A DNA stretch of 64,000 bases from assembly GCF_006345805.1 (NCBI RefSeq), contig NC_042997.1, positions 42,780,001 through 42,844,000 on the forward strand. The letters are read 5' to 3'. Source of the DNA: Octopus sinensis (lineage: Eukaryota). Positions 38,621-50,901 of this stretch are shown piece by piece. Position 1 is the stretch's first letter. Each line of letters starts with the position of its first letter. The position numbers were made by a program, and so were the translations under genes. The notes beneath the pieces are model-generated. The model saw only the letters and a list, made by a program, of their open reading frames with translations. It was not told the origin of the DNA and did not search any database.

Positions 38621-39229
38621 TATATATATATATATAACATGAACATATTTGTTACTGCAGTGTATATGTACTGGGGATGGATGCTGTCAGTTAATACACA
38701 GATTATTGTATTTTAAAGACTTTTAATGCTTGAGAACCAAGATCAGAGCAGATTTTTTTTACTTGAACGTTAACAAAAAAGCTGAAATCCAAACAGCTGG
38801 TGATATTTAAAGATGAGAATAAGTATGAATCATCTTAGAGGAAAAACCTCTCGTGAAAAGAGCCAGTTAGTAAAATAGAGGGGTTCTGTAGGCTGAAGAA
38901 AATGTTTCTCATTCTATGAGGGGCAATCCTTGTAACATTCTTCAGAATATTTCATAGCATAAATAACCTTATTGAATGAAATTGCATCTGTAATTAGAGG
39001 ATTCTGTTTATAAGGATGGTTTTAATTGGTTTAATGATTCCCCTGTTATCATGATTTTCATGAGTAATAGTACAGAATTGATTGAACTTTATTTTGCATC
39101 AGCAGAAGTAACACTTGAATTTTAAGTTGCCCATAGATTTAAGGAAAGAGAAAAGAAAATGATATAATTAATAAATATAATGATGCAATTAATAAATAGC
39201 TACATATTTGCAACATGATCCAGAGCCCA

Positions 39230-39830
39230 TGGATAATGCTACCAGAGTTGATGGTGGATTGTCAGTTTGGGATAAACTCTACAAGCATAATAGTGCTATG
39301 AGCTGTGCTTGCAAGCAAAGCGACAAAACTGTCCTGCATACACTCATCTATTGCCAGAGCATTGCTAACTTGTGGAGTTGAACAGCTGCTATTGCATGTA
39401 GGACAGATCCCCTATTGGCTGACTCCATCAATAACGATCATTCCACTGCCGTTGTTTGGCTAAGAAGGTGACTATGGTGAAAGAGGTTGTGTGGTGGGTG
39501 AGCCGAAAGCCTCTTCAGTTAAACCCTTATCAACTTTTTTTAAAGTTCCACTTGAAAAGGAAGACTGTAAGATGGGTAAATGTAGTGGGAATGGTCCAAA
39601 TGAGCAGGCCTCCTCTGAGCTTGCACTTGCAGCTAGAGAGAACAGATGGGAGAGGGGCATGTCCCCGTGGTGTTCTAGATGGTCAGGATGATCTAGGATC
39701 AGTAGAGTTTCTGGGTTGCATCTGAGTGGTACACTCCTCTAGTGGATGAATTTTGCCGTTATCAATTTTCTCATTATTGCTTTGTTGTATACATGTGTAA
39801 ATAAATAGCTCCCCTGTCCTTTGTTTTCAT
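39230..39830 (+). pseudogene. L1/Tx1-like LINE 3' relic, second copy
   Basis: DKLYKH..KQSDKTVLHTLIYCQSIANLW..MVKEVVWW..FHLKRK..RWVNVVGMV, homologous to 37100-37735. Confidence 0.7.
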
Positions 39831-40036
39831 ATTGTTTTAAACATTAGTTTTTGGTCTTTGAAGTCAACCAGGATGTGTGTGGTTCCTCAGTTATTATTAT
39901 TTCTTTTATTTGCCACCAGGGCAAAGGATGAGGGGGACTATAGAAAAAGAGACATAAAGGGTAGGGTTCACATATAATGAAATAAAATTATTCGGCCCTT
40001 GTGGCCAGGACAAAAATCATTGTTATTCTTATTATT

Positions 40037-40316
40037 CAGTTCTATATTTAAGAAATGAGGAATTTTGTACATTATTTACATTTGACGGATATTTGTCTTC
40101 ATCTTGTTTGTTGTTAACTCATTTCAGCTGATATACCTTCCAGCCTTCATCAGGTGTCTTGGGGAAATTTCAAACCTGGGTTCTCATTCCTAAGGTATTT
40201 TTTGATGTTGTTATTATTATTATAATTATTCAGGTCACTGCTTGGAATCGAACTTGGCAGCTTGGGGTTAGTAGCTACTAACTCCAAGATTCTGAGTTCG
40301 ATTCCAAGCAGTGACA

Positions 40317-40348
<32 letters not shown>

Positions 40349-40350
40349 TA
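40037..40350. mobile_element. tRNA-headed hammerhead element, head-to-head dimer, centre and right arm deleted
   Basis: Left arm matches 47852-48133; palindrome centre TTAGTAG|CTACTAA; decayed hammerhead on minus strand at 40114-40158. Confidence 0.8.
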
Positions 40351-40514
40351 TTATTATTATTATTATTATTACAATATGAATGACTTTATGAAAAATGATT
40401 TTGATATCTGGTGTTTATCTTTTGTTTTCTAAAATAAATTTAAAAGTGTAAATAAACTATTTTGTCTTTTCATTAAGTATTTTAATGTGAAAATAGAACA
40501 GCATAAAGTAAAAG

Positions 40515-40584
40515 TAGAAGTGGTCCCTAGAAATTTTTTCAAGTAAAAAATGGTCCCTGGGCTGAAAAAGGTTGGGAACCACTG
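40515..40584 (-). mobile_element. hAT/Charlie-like MITE terminus
   Basis: rc CAGTGGTTCCCAACCTTTTTCAG; partner TIR not found. Confidence 0.5.
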
Positions 40585-40674
40585 ATCTAATGTGATTTAA
40601 TATTGCCCCCCCCCACATAATATCTATAACTATCTCCCTCCCTGTATATAAAACAGTAAACTTTTCTCTTATAG

Positions 40675-40710
<36 letters not shown>

Positions 40711-41243
40711 GCACGCATGCACGCACCTCACAGAGTCTTTCTCTCTTTCTCTCCTGGGCCACATACAATAAAACCACTCTTTATTGGAAGTGGCAGAGTA
40801 AAGCTGCTACTTTCGATGGTTCTCCTATTACCATACAAGTCAGCCATTACTAGTACAATTGACTGATAATGCTAGGTCAGATCTATTACCAAGTTTAACA
40901 ACAACAACAACAACAACTACTACTATTACAAAAATTCCATCACAATACACTGAACAAGATAAATATAAAGAGAAAAAGGAAGAAAAAAGGGATAAAAGTA
41001 AATAAAATGAAAGCACCAGAAAACAGAAAGTAACATGTGGAGTGGAGTGGATGGGTGGGTGGGGGGTCATGATGTGGTGATGGTGATATTATACCCCATC
41101 CCCCTTTACACACACACACACCACACACACACACACACATACACCCAGCTAATACCCAGGATCTGGGATAATATTTTCAGATGTTAACTTTGATATGAGA
41201 AATATACTAGACAGATATGTGTGCATGGGAATGTGTGAATGCA

Positions 41244-41275
<32 letters not shown>

Positions 41276-41582
41276 TAGCTAATTATAAATAGAGGATAGA
41301 TCAGTAATGAGATCCCAGATGTTTGGCCCATTGTAATGGGTGGATGGCAGGGGGGGGGTATGGGGGAGATTGCTTAACAACAAAAAGAAAACTAGTAGCT
41401 TAAAAGGCAATTGTATTTTGTTTCTGTTTCATTTTCTTTTTCCCCTCCCGGGGCATCTGGAAACAGGGCTCTCCACTAATTTTATTATTACTACTATTGC
41501 CTTTAATTCTAATTGCTTGGAAGGGTAAAAGTAACAATGACTAATTACTTAGGTGGTTGCTTCACATACATACACACACACA

Positions 41583-41617
<35 letters not shown>

Positions 41618-41619
41618 CT

Positions 41620-41930
41620 TTTACTTGTTCCATTCAATAGACTGCAGTCATGCCAGGGCAATGTCTTGAAGGGTTTTAGTTAAACAGATTGTCCCCAGTA
41701 CTTATTTTTTAAAGTCTGGTACTCACTCTGCCAAACTTCTAAGTTACAAGGATGTAAACAAACCAACATTGGTTGTCAAGCAGTGGGGAAGGACACGTAT
41801 GCGTACACACGCACACATACACACACACACACATCGACGGCTTCCAGTTTCCGTCTACTGCCAAATTCACTCACATGGCATCGATCGGCCCACAGCTAGA
41901 GTAGAAGATGCCTGCCCAAGATGCTACACA
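41620..41930 (-). mobile_element. SINE family B-related, old copy
   Basis: Decayed colinear match; other decayed copies at ~4703-4860, 22520-22745, 32850-33035, 58555-58895. Confidence 0.6.
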
Positions 41931-42182
41931 GTAACACTAAGCTTGGAAATTACCTGTCTGTTATGGAAGGCTGTGCTATCACCTTCAAAAGTTAAGTTGT
42001 TTATATCTTAATTACAATACTTGAAATGCAAAGTTGACCAGAGAACTCAGAATGTAAGGATATATAAGGAAATACCGTAAAGTATTTTATTCAAGTCTAT
42101 TATAATCATTTTAACATCGGCTTTTCCATGCTTACACGTATCAGATGTAATGTCACTGATATTCTCAACAAATGCGACTGAG

Positions 42183-42566
42183 GGAAGCACTCCGTTGGTT
42201 ACGACGACGAGGGTTCCAGTTGATTCAAATCAATGGAACAGCCTGCTCGTGAAATTAACGTGTAAGTGGCTGAGCACTCCACAGACACGTGTACCCTTAA
42301 CGTAGTTCTTGGGGATATTGAGCGTGACACAGAGTGTGACAAGGTCGGCCCCTTGAAATACAGGTACAACAGAAACAGGAAGTAAGAGTGAGAGAAAGTT
42401 GTGGTGAAAGAGTACAGCAGGGATCACCACCACCCCCTGCCGGAGCCTCATGGAGCTTTAGGTGTTTTCGCTCAAAAAACACTCACAACGCCCGGTCTGG
42501 GAATCGAAACCGCGATCCTATGACCGCGAGTCCGCTGCCCTAACCACTGGGCCATTGCGCCTCCAC
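42183..42566 (-). mobile_element. SINE family A
   Basis: Full-length reverse complement of family A. Confidence 0.92.
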
Positions 42567-42619
42567 TATCCTCTCTGTAGTTACAAAAATGAAAGAAATT
42601 AACCTGACAGTATCCTCCG

Positions 42620-44440
42620 AGATGGTCATGACATTGAGGAGAGCAGAGTGACATAGGAGACAACAGTAAGAGTAGGAAACCAGGTGAGTTTATGAAACAG
42701 TTGCTAAAATAGAAGCACAGGGATTACCCAATCCGTTCCAAAGGTGAAATCAATATTCACTTCAGAACCACCTTCAGTGGTGACTCCAGGAACCAAAACC
42801 TAGCATACTTCAATTCCTTGATTGTGCATATGCATCAATTCTAGGATTTAATGGGAAGGAGCACAGCTGGAAATAAAATTAAGGTGGTAAAGAAGGCAAG
42901 GGTAGGTCCAGCCCCAAGACCAAGTGGTGTACCTTTTAAGAACTACCCAAGGGTGCTCTACAAATTCTGGTGGATCCAGAGGGTTATTTCAAAGAGAAAA
43001 AAATGGCTTAGCATTGGAGGTATATAAGAACATGGATTCCAAAGATTGGAAAGGTCAAAAACCATCAGGTAGTTTAGAATAATTTCATTACTTTGTATTG
43101 TGACAAAGGTATCATTCAGCATTGTTGCTAGGCTCTTAACAGATTAGCTTCTGAGAAATCCCTACATTGATACCTTAGTTTAGAGAGATGTTAAGAAGGT
43201 GCTAGTATGTCTGGAGCACTACCTACAACCTCAGAGTGGCACAAGCTCTGAGAAGAACAATGTCCCTTAATATGCCCTTTCAGTGACCCTTTCCATACTT
43301 GCAGTGAACATGCTAATAAAGTCAGCTGAAGTGCACTGAAGAGGGTCATTCATTTTGTCTGGTTTTTTGGTCCATCGTTATTAGAGCCTTTATAATGGAA
43401 GCACTCCGTCGGTTACGACGATGAGGGTTCTGGTTGATCCGAATCAACAGAACAGCCTGCTCGTGAAATTAACGTGTAAGTGGCTGAGCACTCCACAGAC
43501 ACGTGTACCCTTAACGTAGTTCTCGGGGATATTCAGCGTGACACAGAGAGTGACAAGGCCGGCCCCTTGAAATACAGGTACAACAGAAACAGGAAGTAAG
43601 AGTGAGAGAAAGTTGTGGTGAAAGAGTACAGCAGGGATCACCACCATCCCCTGCCGGAGCCTCGTGATAGCTTTTAGGTGTTTTCGCTCAATAAACACTC
43701 ACAACGCCCGGTCTGGCAATCGAAACCGCGATCCTATGACCGCGAGTCCGCTGCCCTAACCACTGGGCCATTACGCCTCCACAGAGCCTTTATAAATGAC
43801 CTAACTGTAACAAGTGCAGTTGTGAAGGACAGGAGAATCCTGCCAAGTTCAGATTTCTTGTGCAGAAGAAAGGTAGGTTAAGTCTGGTTCCTTAGCTGGT
43901 TGCGTAGATACCATCCATCACTGAGAAACCTGTGAAAAACTTGGGAAAAGTGCTTAATTGCAGTCTGAAAGGCAACATCCATCCATGAAACCAATCCCAA
44001 ATTGGAAGCTTGAATATCCATAATGGACAAGTCAAGTCTACCTGTCATGTTTCATGCCTGGACTTAGCAGCATAGCATTCTCCCATGGATTCTTTGTTCA
44101 CCCTTAGCGTATGAAGTCCCAATAACCACACTAGAAGGCTTGCAGAAGAGAGCCAGCAGGTTCCTATAGAAATACCTGAGCAGCATTGCCCTGTATGGAA
44201 AGAATAACAAACTGAAGCCTGCAAGAAGAATTTGTGATGACTTGTACTGGGGAGATTTTGCAATACTAAGATTCCTCTGACCTCAAAGTCCTTCAGACTG
44301 GTGTTGAGGTCAGAACAGGATGGAAAAGGAAAGCACTGGAGGATGTTGAGGCTGCAGAGTCACACCTAAAACATAGTGCACTGGTGGGTGTTGTACCTTG
44401 TGGAAGGGCTGGCCTTAGTGATATCTCTCTACAAGGTGCA
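42620..44440 (+). pseudogene. Decayed non-LTR retrotransposon RT, Hero-like (RLE-type) by recalled motifs
   Basis: LRRAE*HRR..; VVKKARVGPAPRPSGVP; WIPK; TTSEWHKL..AVNMLIKSAEV; RAFINDLTVT (RT DD motif, decayed); IPSITEKPVKNLGK; AW..QHSILP..YEVPITTLEG..LSSIALYGK. Confidence 0.68.
43396..43782 (-). mobile_element. SINE family A nested in the Hero-like RT
   Basis: TSD AGAGCCTTTATAA (43383-43395/43783-43795). Confidence 0.93.
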
Positions 44441-44504
44441 AGCATTGACTGAACAGAAGCAAGCCAGCAAGTGTATTGAGCTATGGTATAATAGTCTGGT
44501 ATAA

Positions 44505-44733
44505 GGCGGCGAGCTGGCAGAAACGTTAGCACGCCGGGCGAAATGCGTAGCCGTATTTCGTCTGCCGTTACGTTCTGAGTTCAAATTCTGCCGAGGTTGA
44601 CTTTGCCTTTCATCCTTTTGGGGTCGATAAATTAAGTACCAGTTACGCACTGAGGTCGATGTAATCGACTTAATCCGTTTGTCTGTCCTTGTTTGTCCCC
44701 TCTATGTTTAGCCCCTTGTGGGCAGTAAAGAAA
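44505..44733 (+). mobile_element. SINE family C, full length
   Basis: TSD TATAATAGTCTGGT (44487-44500/44736-44749). Confidence 0.92.
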
Positions 44734-44793
44734 CATATAATAGTCTGGTTAAGTACTTCTTCTATTTTAGTATATATTTTAATAATACTATTG

Positions 44794-45025
44794 ATCATCA
44801 TCATCATCGTTTAACGTCCGTTTTCCATGCTGGCATGGGTTGGACGGTTCAACTGGGGTCTAGGAAGCCAGGAGGCAGCACCAAGCTCCAATCTGATCTG
44901 TCAGTGTTTCTACAGCTGGATGCCCTTCCTAACACCAACCACTCCTAGAGTGTAGTGGGTGCTTTTTACATTCCACTGGCACAGGGGCCAGAGGGGGCTG
45001 GCATTGACCACGTTTGGATGGTGCC
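44794..45025 (-). mobile_element. RTE 3' tail fragment
   Basis: (ATC)n and conserved tail. Confidence 0.85.
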
Positions 45026-45138
45026 ATTGGTACAGGAGCAGAGGACAGAAGTAGAAAAATATCACAAATTCATTTATTTTTATATTGAAATTTTTCAGAT
45101 AGGAAAAGTAAACTTCAATAATTTAGAATTTTATGTAT

Positions 45139-45546
45139 CCCGTTGCCAGCCTCGCCTGGCCCCCGTGCCGGTGACACATAAAAGCACCATCCGTTCGTGG
45201 CCGTTTGCCAGCTCTGTCTGGCCCCCTGTCGGTAGCACGTAAAAGCACCATCCGTTTGTGTCCGTTGCCAGCATTGCCTGGCCCCGTGCCGGTGACACGT
45301 AAAAGCACCATCCGTTCGTGGCCGTTTGCCAGCTCTGTCTGGCACCTGTGTGGGTGGCACGTAAAAAGCACCCACTACACTCACAGAGTGGTTGGCGTTA
45401 GGAAGGGCATCCAGCCGTAGAAACACTGCCAGATCTGACTGGGCCTGACGAAGCCTTCCAGCTTCACAAAGACCCCAGTTGAACCGTCCAACCCATGCTA
45501 GCATGGAAAGCGGACGCTAAATGATGATGATGATGATGATGATGAT
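45139..45546 (+). mobile_element. RTE 3' tail with 4 tandem units
   Basis: Young-looking copy ending (GAT)n. Confidence 0.9.
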
Positions 45547-45789
45547 GCATCACAAAAAAGTAATCTTTATGTGAGTTTACATCATAAACTAGCTTTGATT
45601 TCAGTTCAAAGTCAGTTTACCAGATACACAAATATAAAGATTTTATATTTTACCCTTATCTTGACTTACATATTGACATTTTTTTTATTACATGTCATCC
45701 AATTGACTAAATAAATATTTTGCATGATTGAGCAAGTAATTTAAATTACATTTAAGAATCAAAAATGTCTGCATGTATGTGTGTATGTA

Positions 45790-45835
<46 letters not shown>

Positions 45836-45838
<3 letters not shown>

Positions 45839-46500
45839 CATCATCATGATGACTGCTTTTCATGCTGGAATGTGTTGGACACTGACAGGATCTGGCAAGC
45901 CACAGGGCTGCATTGAACCCCAATGTCAGCTTCGGCACAGTTTCTATGGCTGGATGTCCTTCCAAACACCGACCACTCTGCAGTGTGTACTGGGTGCCTT
46001 TTTCCATGTCACTGGCACTAGTGAGGTTGCTAACTTGCAAGCCAGAAAAGAGACAGGTTAAAAAACAGAAAAGGGAGAAAAAAAAAAAAACCCCTCCCAC
46101 TAAGTAGGGAGTATTTGAAAGGAAAAGGTGGCTTTGTGCCAGGTAAGGAGGAAAGGCTGAAGAATGAGAGAGAGGCAAGCACATGTGTGTTGCTACGGAG
46201 GAAATACATGGCTACCCCCACATTGTGGGTGGGAGTGGTTGAGAAAGAAATCGAAAGAAGTCAGTGATGATGAAGTGCCAGAGCTAAGTCTCAGGGTAGA
46301 AGAGGGTGAGGGTGAGAGGAGGATAGAAGAGTGGGTCGTGGGAAGAGAGGAGGATAGAAGAGTGGGTTGTGGGAAGAGAGGAGGATAGAAGAGTGGGTCG
46401 TGGGAAGAGAGGAGGATAGAAGAGTGGGTCGTGGGAAGAGAGGAGAGAGAGTGAATACTTTCAGAAGAGTGTGACTGGGGAATAACAGATAGGGGTACTT
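45836..46500 (-). mobile_element. Old RTE tail with CT-rich 3' UTR (same type as 13165-13940)
   Basis: Tail GCTGGATGTCCTTCCAAAC; purine-rich segment aligns loosely to 13430-13530. Confidence 0.55.
46316..46439. repeat. 31-bp minisatellite x4
   Basis: GAGGAGGATAGAAGAGTGGGTCGTGGGAAGA, period 31. Confidence 0.95.
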
Positions 46501-47851
46501 TGGAGAAATTTGTCTCACTATAAAATCAACAATATCAGTCCAATTTCTGCATGCAAATTAGATATACATAGAATGAACTTTAAGCTTTGATACAGTAATC
46601 TTATGGTTGCTGAACAAATATGCTACAAGTTAGCCAACACTCACCAAATGAAACTGTCTGCCTGTTTAGCATCATTGTACCCTTTGTCTTGGGTGTATGT
46701 ACATGTGCTATGTGTGGGTGCATGCAAGCATGCTTATCAGCAACTCAGACATAATTCTCTACATTCATTTACTAAAGGGTAAGGTGTCATAGAGAACAGG
46801 ATTTAGTTAAAACCCATTAGGGACAACATTCAATGAAGGTCAAATTGCATCGCTCTGAAACAATTACAAATAGCTGATGCATTTTGAAACAAGAGCACTT
46901 CTTAACAACATAAAGAGATAGGCAACTGTTTACAATAGTATCATCCATCAAGGATAATTATCCTTATTGTCTTAAAACAAAAGGTGGGGGAAAGAAAACC
47001 AAGACAAGGGAAAGAGAATTGAAGCACTCATGTCTTCCTCAGGGGCATTAAATACAATTGGGACTTGAAATGAATTGCAGACTTGACTTGATGGAAGCAT
47101 ACCTACTCTAAGGCACTTTCCAGATATATGTACACAGGTTATTTAAAACATAAAGACACCAAGTCATGGAGAATTTGAAATAGCAATATCTCTGGCTTTA
47201 TTAATAAGCCCAAAGTCCTTATAGGAAATATACTCTTAGTAAAACATCTCTCTCTCTCCACACACACACATTATCATCATCATAATTTAATGCCCATTTT
47301 CTATGCTGGCATGGTTTCTGTGGTTGGATGCCCTTCCTAATGCTAACCACTTTACAGAGTGTACTGGGTACTTTTTATGTGGTACCAGCACCACTGTTTT
47401 TTTTTGTTTTTTTTGTGGTACAATTCCACTTGTCACAGTGATGTTCCACTGTCATGCAGAGTGCACTGGGAAGACTTTCTAGAGAGGGCCAATGTCTTGG
47501 TTTCCGCAATACCAATTCTCATCCCTGCTCTTTGCAGCAATCCACAGCAAACCCATTAATTCTATGCTGGAGGTACCTCCTAATGAGCCAAGTTCAGGAC
47601 AGAAGCCATACTGTTCTTCAGCTAGCTTGGGGTCAAAGAAATGTCTTTTGATTTTTCTAAGGGCTTTAATAAAAGAAGAGCAGTTAATTAAGAGGAATAA
47701 TTGAAATATATATAGAATGGGGGGAGGGGGTAGAATACAGTAATCCCTCGACTATTGCGGGTGTTATGTTCCAAAACCCCTTACAATAGATGAAAATTTG
47801 TGAAGTAGAAACAGTACTGTACTGTATATTTTTTTATTACTTTTATAATTT

Positions 47852-48023
47852 AGTTCTATATTTAAGAGATGAGGAATTATGTACATTATTTACATTTGAT
47901 GGATATTTGTCCTCATCTTGTTTGTTGTTAACATGTTTTGGTAGATATACGCTCCAGCCTTCATCAGGTGTCTTGGGGGAAATTTTGAACCTGGGTTCTC
48001 ATTCCTAAGGTATTTTTCTGATG

Positions 48024-48060
<37 letters not shown>

Positions 48061-48367
48061 AGTCACTGCCTGGAATTGAACTTGGAATCTTGGGGTTAGT
48101 TGCCCATGTTCTTAACCACTATGCCATATGCCCGTGGGCATATGGCATAGTGGTTAAGAGCGTGGGCAACTAACCCCAAGATTCTGAGTTCGATTTCAGG
48201 CAGTGACCTTGATAATAATAATAACAACATTAAAAATACCTTAGGAATGAGAACCCAGGTTCAAAATTTCCCCAAGGCACCTGATGAAGGCTGGAAGGTA
48301 TATCAGCCGAAACATTGTGTCAACAACAAATAAGATGAGGACAAAAATCCATCAAATGTAAATAATG
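47852..48367. mobile_element. Head-to-head dimer of a tRNA-headed, hammerhead-tailed element
   Basis: Palindrome centre TGCCATATGCCC-GT-GGGCATATGGCA (48134-48135); 14-bp TSD TACTTTTATAATTT (47838-47851/48368-48381). Confidence 0.88.
48276..48321 (+). ncRNA. Minimal type-I hammerhead ribozyme motif
   Basis: GGCAC CTGATGA A GGCTG GAAGGTATAT CAGCC GAAA CA TT GTGTC: stem I GGCAC/GTGTC, stem II GGCTG/CAGCC; stem III ACAU, probably CpG-decayed ACGU. Confidence 0.75.
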
Positions 48368-48984
48368 TACTTTTATAATTTGTATATATTTATTTTATTA
48401 TAAATGCAAAACATCATCACAGAGGAATCTATATAAGCATAAATGATAAACCGCAATTGGTGAACCATAGTATGGCAAGGAATTACCATATATCCAAAAT
48501 ACTATCAGCAGGAGAAGAAATTTGGTTCAATGTTTACCATTAAATACATATTAAATTAGATGATACTAGTTTATAATTTATAAACATTAAGAGAAGCACA
48601 ATAACAGTGAAGCTAAGGTGATAGATCACAGAAATTACAGAATCAAGAAGAAAATATAAAACATCAAACACAAAAAAACAAAAATTTGAAGCAGATATTA
48701 AACAAATATAGATAAATAAAGAATACTATAAAGCCCCTTAAATAAAATAAGCAAATACTGTTATTTAGACAGAAGTATGGCTGTGTGGTTGAAAAATGAG
48801 TTTCCCAAGCATGTGGTTTTGGGTTCAGCTCTCAGTGCAACACCTTGGGTGAGTGTCAAGTATAACTGCAAGATAGTTCAGCCATTATATATGAGGAGCA
48901 TTAGCACAATTCTTAAGAACAATTGGAAATGAAAAGCTAGATGTGTTAACAGTATTCAATTAAGTTTATTTCATAAGCTAAAGG

Positions 48985-49369
48985 ATGGAAGCACTCCGTC
49001 GGTTCCGACGACGAGGGTTCCAGTTGATCCGATCAACGGAACAGCCTGCTCGTGGAATTAACGTGCAAGTGGCTGAGCACTCCACAAACACGTGTACCCT
49101 TAACGTAGTTCTCGGGGATATTCAGCGTGACACAGAGAGTGACAAGGCCGGCCCCTTGAAATACAGGTACAACAGAAACAGGAAGTAAGAGTGAGAGAAA
49201 GTTGTGGTGAAAGAGTACAGCAGGGATCACCACCATCCCCTGCTGGAGCCTCGTGGAGCTTTAGGTATTTTCACTCAATAAACACTCACAACGCCCGGTC
49301 TGGGAATCGAAATCGCGATCCTACGACCGCGAGTCCGCTGCCCTAACCACTGGGCCATTGCGCCCCCAC
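48985..49369 (-). mobile_element. SINE family A
   Basis: TSD ATAAGCTAAAGG (48973-48984/49371-49382). Confidence 0.93.
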
Positions 49370-49609
49370 TATAAGCTAAAGGTTGACTAATTAAAGAAAG
49401 AAAGTAAATAAGCAAACGTAAGTTCATCTATGAAAACTGAAATGGTTTTGAGTGAAGTACTTATTCCCTTCTGGGGCTGCTCTTTCCTAAAGAACTGAAG
49501 CAATTGCATGTTATTAACAGCATTTCTATATATTTCATCTTCATCACTGTTGGCTCTATGTTCACCAATGTGATGGAGAGAATTTCAGGCTGAAGAAAAA
49601 TTCCGAAAC

Positions 49610-49695
<86 letters not shown>

Positions 49696-50204
49696 AAGAG
49701 ACCACTTACTGTACTACTCACATGCTAAGTAGGCAGAACCAAAATTTGAACAACAGACATTTGCTTCAAATTTGAGTGATAAGCAAATGAGCTAACAGCT
49801 TGTATTGTCAGACTAATTGACTCTATGGAACTAAGTCATGCTGATAAAAGAAAAACAAAATATTACTTCAACCAAAGAAATAGTTCAGAAAGTAATAAGA
49901 TTAAAAATAGAAAAAAAAACAAAAAACACTTTAAAATTGTCCCAGATCTACGGAAGTATCAAAACCGTATGTGTGTGTATGTGTATTTTTCTTTGTCTCA
50001 CACACACACACACACACACTGAATATGTTGATTACTTCTAATAAATTTCCAACTGTTTCAATCTTTAACATCAGTTTCATGGAGGTTGCTAACTTAGCGT
50101 TATTTTCAAGGACTTTGCAAAGTAATATTCCTCAAAATGATGTGTTATCTAATATGGAAAGACTACTAATAAACCATGGGGAATAAGTGTCAATCACTTT
50201 AAGA

Positions 50205-50640
50205 GGAGGGAAGCTGTATAAGAGGGAGATCTAGGAAGACATGGGACAAAGTACTGAAGGCCAGTCTCAAAATGCTGAGGCTTACGAAGGAGATGACAAA
50301 GGAGCAAGAAAATTGAACCCCTTGCTGTACCTGAGAAGACCCATGTATCCTAAAACCAAGGTGATATGTAAAAAGGATTGGTGTGGGTGCTGGTGCCATG
50401 TAAAAAGCACTGGTGTTGGTGCCATGTAAAAAATACTGGTGGCGGTACCACATAAAAAGCACCCAGTACACTCTGTGGAGTGGTTGGCATTAGGAAGGAC
50501 ATCCAGCCATAGAAACCAAACCAAAACAGTCTATGGAACCTGGTGCCGACCCTGGCTTTGTCCATCCCTGTCAAGCCGTCCAACCTATGCCAACCAACAC
50601 GGAGAACAGACATTGAATGTTGATGATGATGGCGATGATT
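50205..50640 (+). mobile_element. RTE 3' end, decayed
   Basis: RGRSRKTWDKVLK..LRLTKEMTK, two units and tail. Confidence 0.78.
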
Positions 50641-50901
50641 AAATGGTGAAAAATTTTCTTTAAATCTGCGATAGTATACACACATAATTAAAATATTCAA
50701 AAACCAATTTTGAATAAAACACTGTAAATGTACTGAAATCAAATAATAAAGTATGTATAAAATGTATAAGCAAATATGCTGAGCAAAGGAATGATTTGAT
50801 GTGAATATGTTAGTTTAAGATGAGTTTGTTTCAAATTTAAACATTGATGAAACAGAAATTAAGAGAATTTTCAGATTTCCTTAATTAATCAATGGCACAT
50901 A

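Larger units (their letters stand above)
47738..48488. mobile_element. Pogo/Tigger-like MITE, interrupted by the hammerhead palindrome
   Basis: TA|CAGTAATCCCTCGA.. and decayed ..GCAAGGAATTACCA|TA termini. Confidence 0.55.

Noticed and set aside
45139-45375. HDV-like, pistol or twister ribozyme fit for the 60-nt units
   Set aside because: Partial resemblance (CGAAU, AAA linker), but P1/P2/P3 pairings and catalytic consensus could not be completed on either strand.
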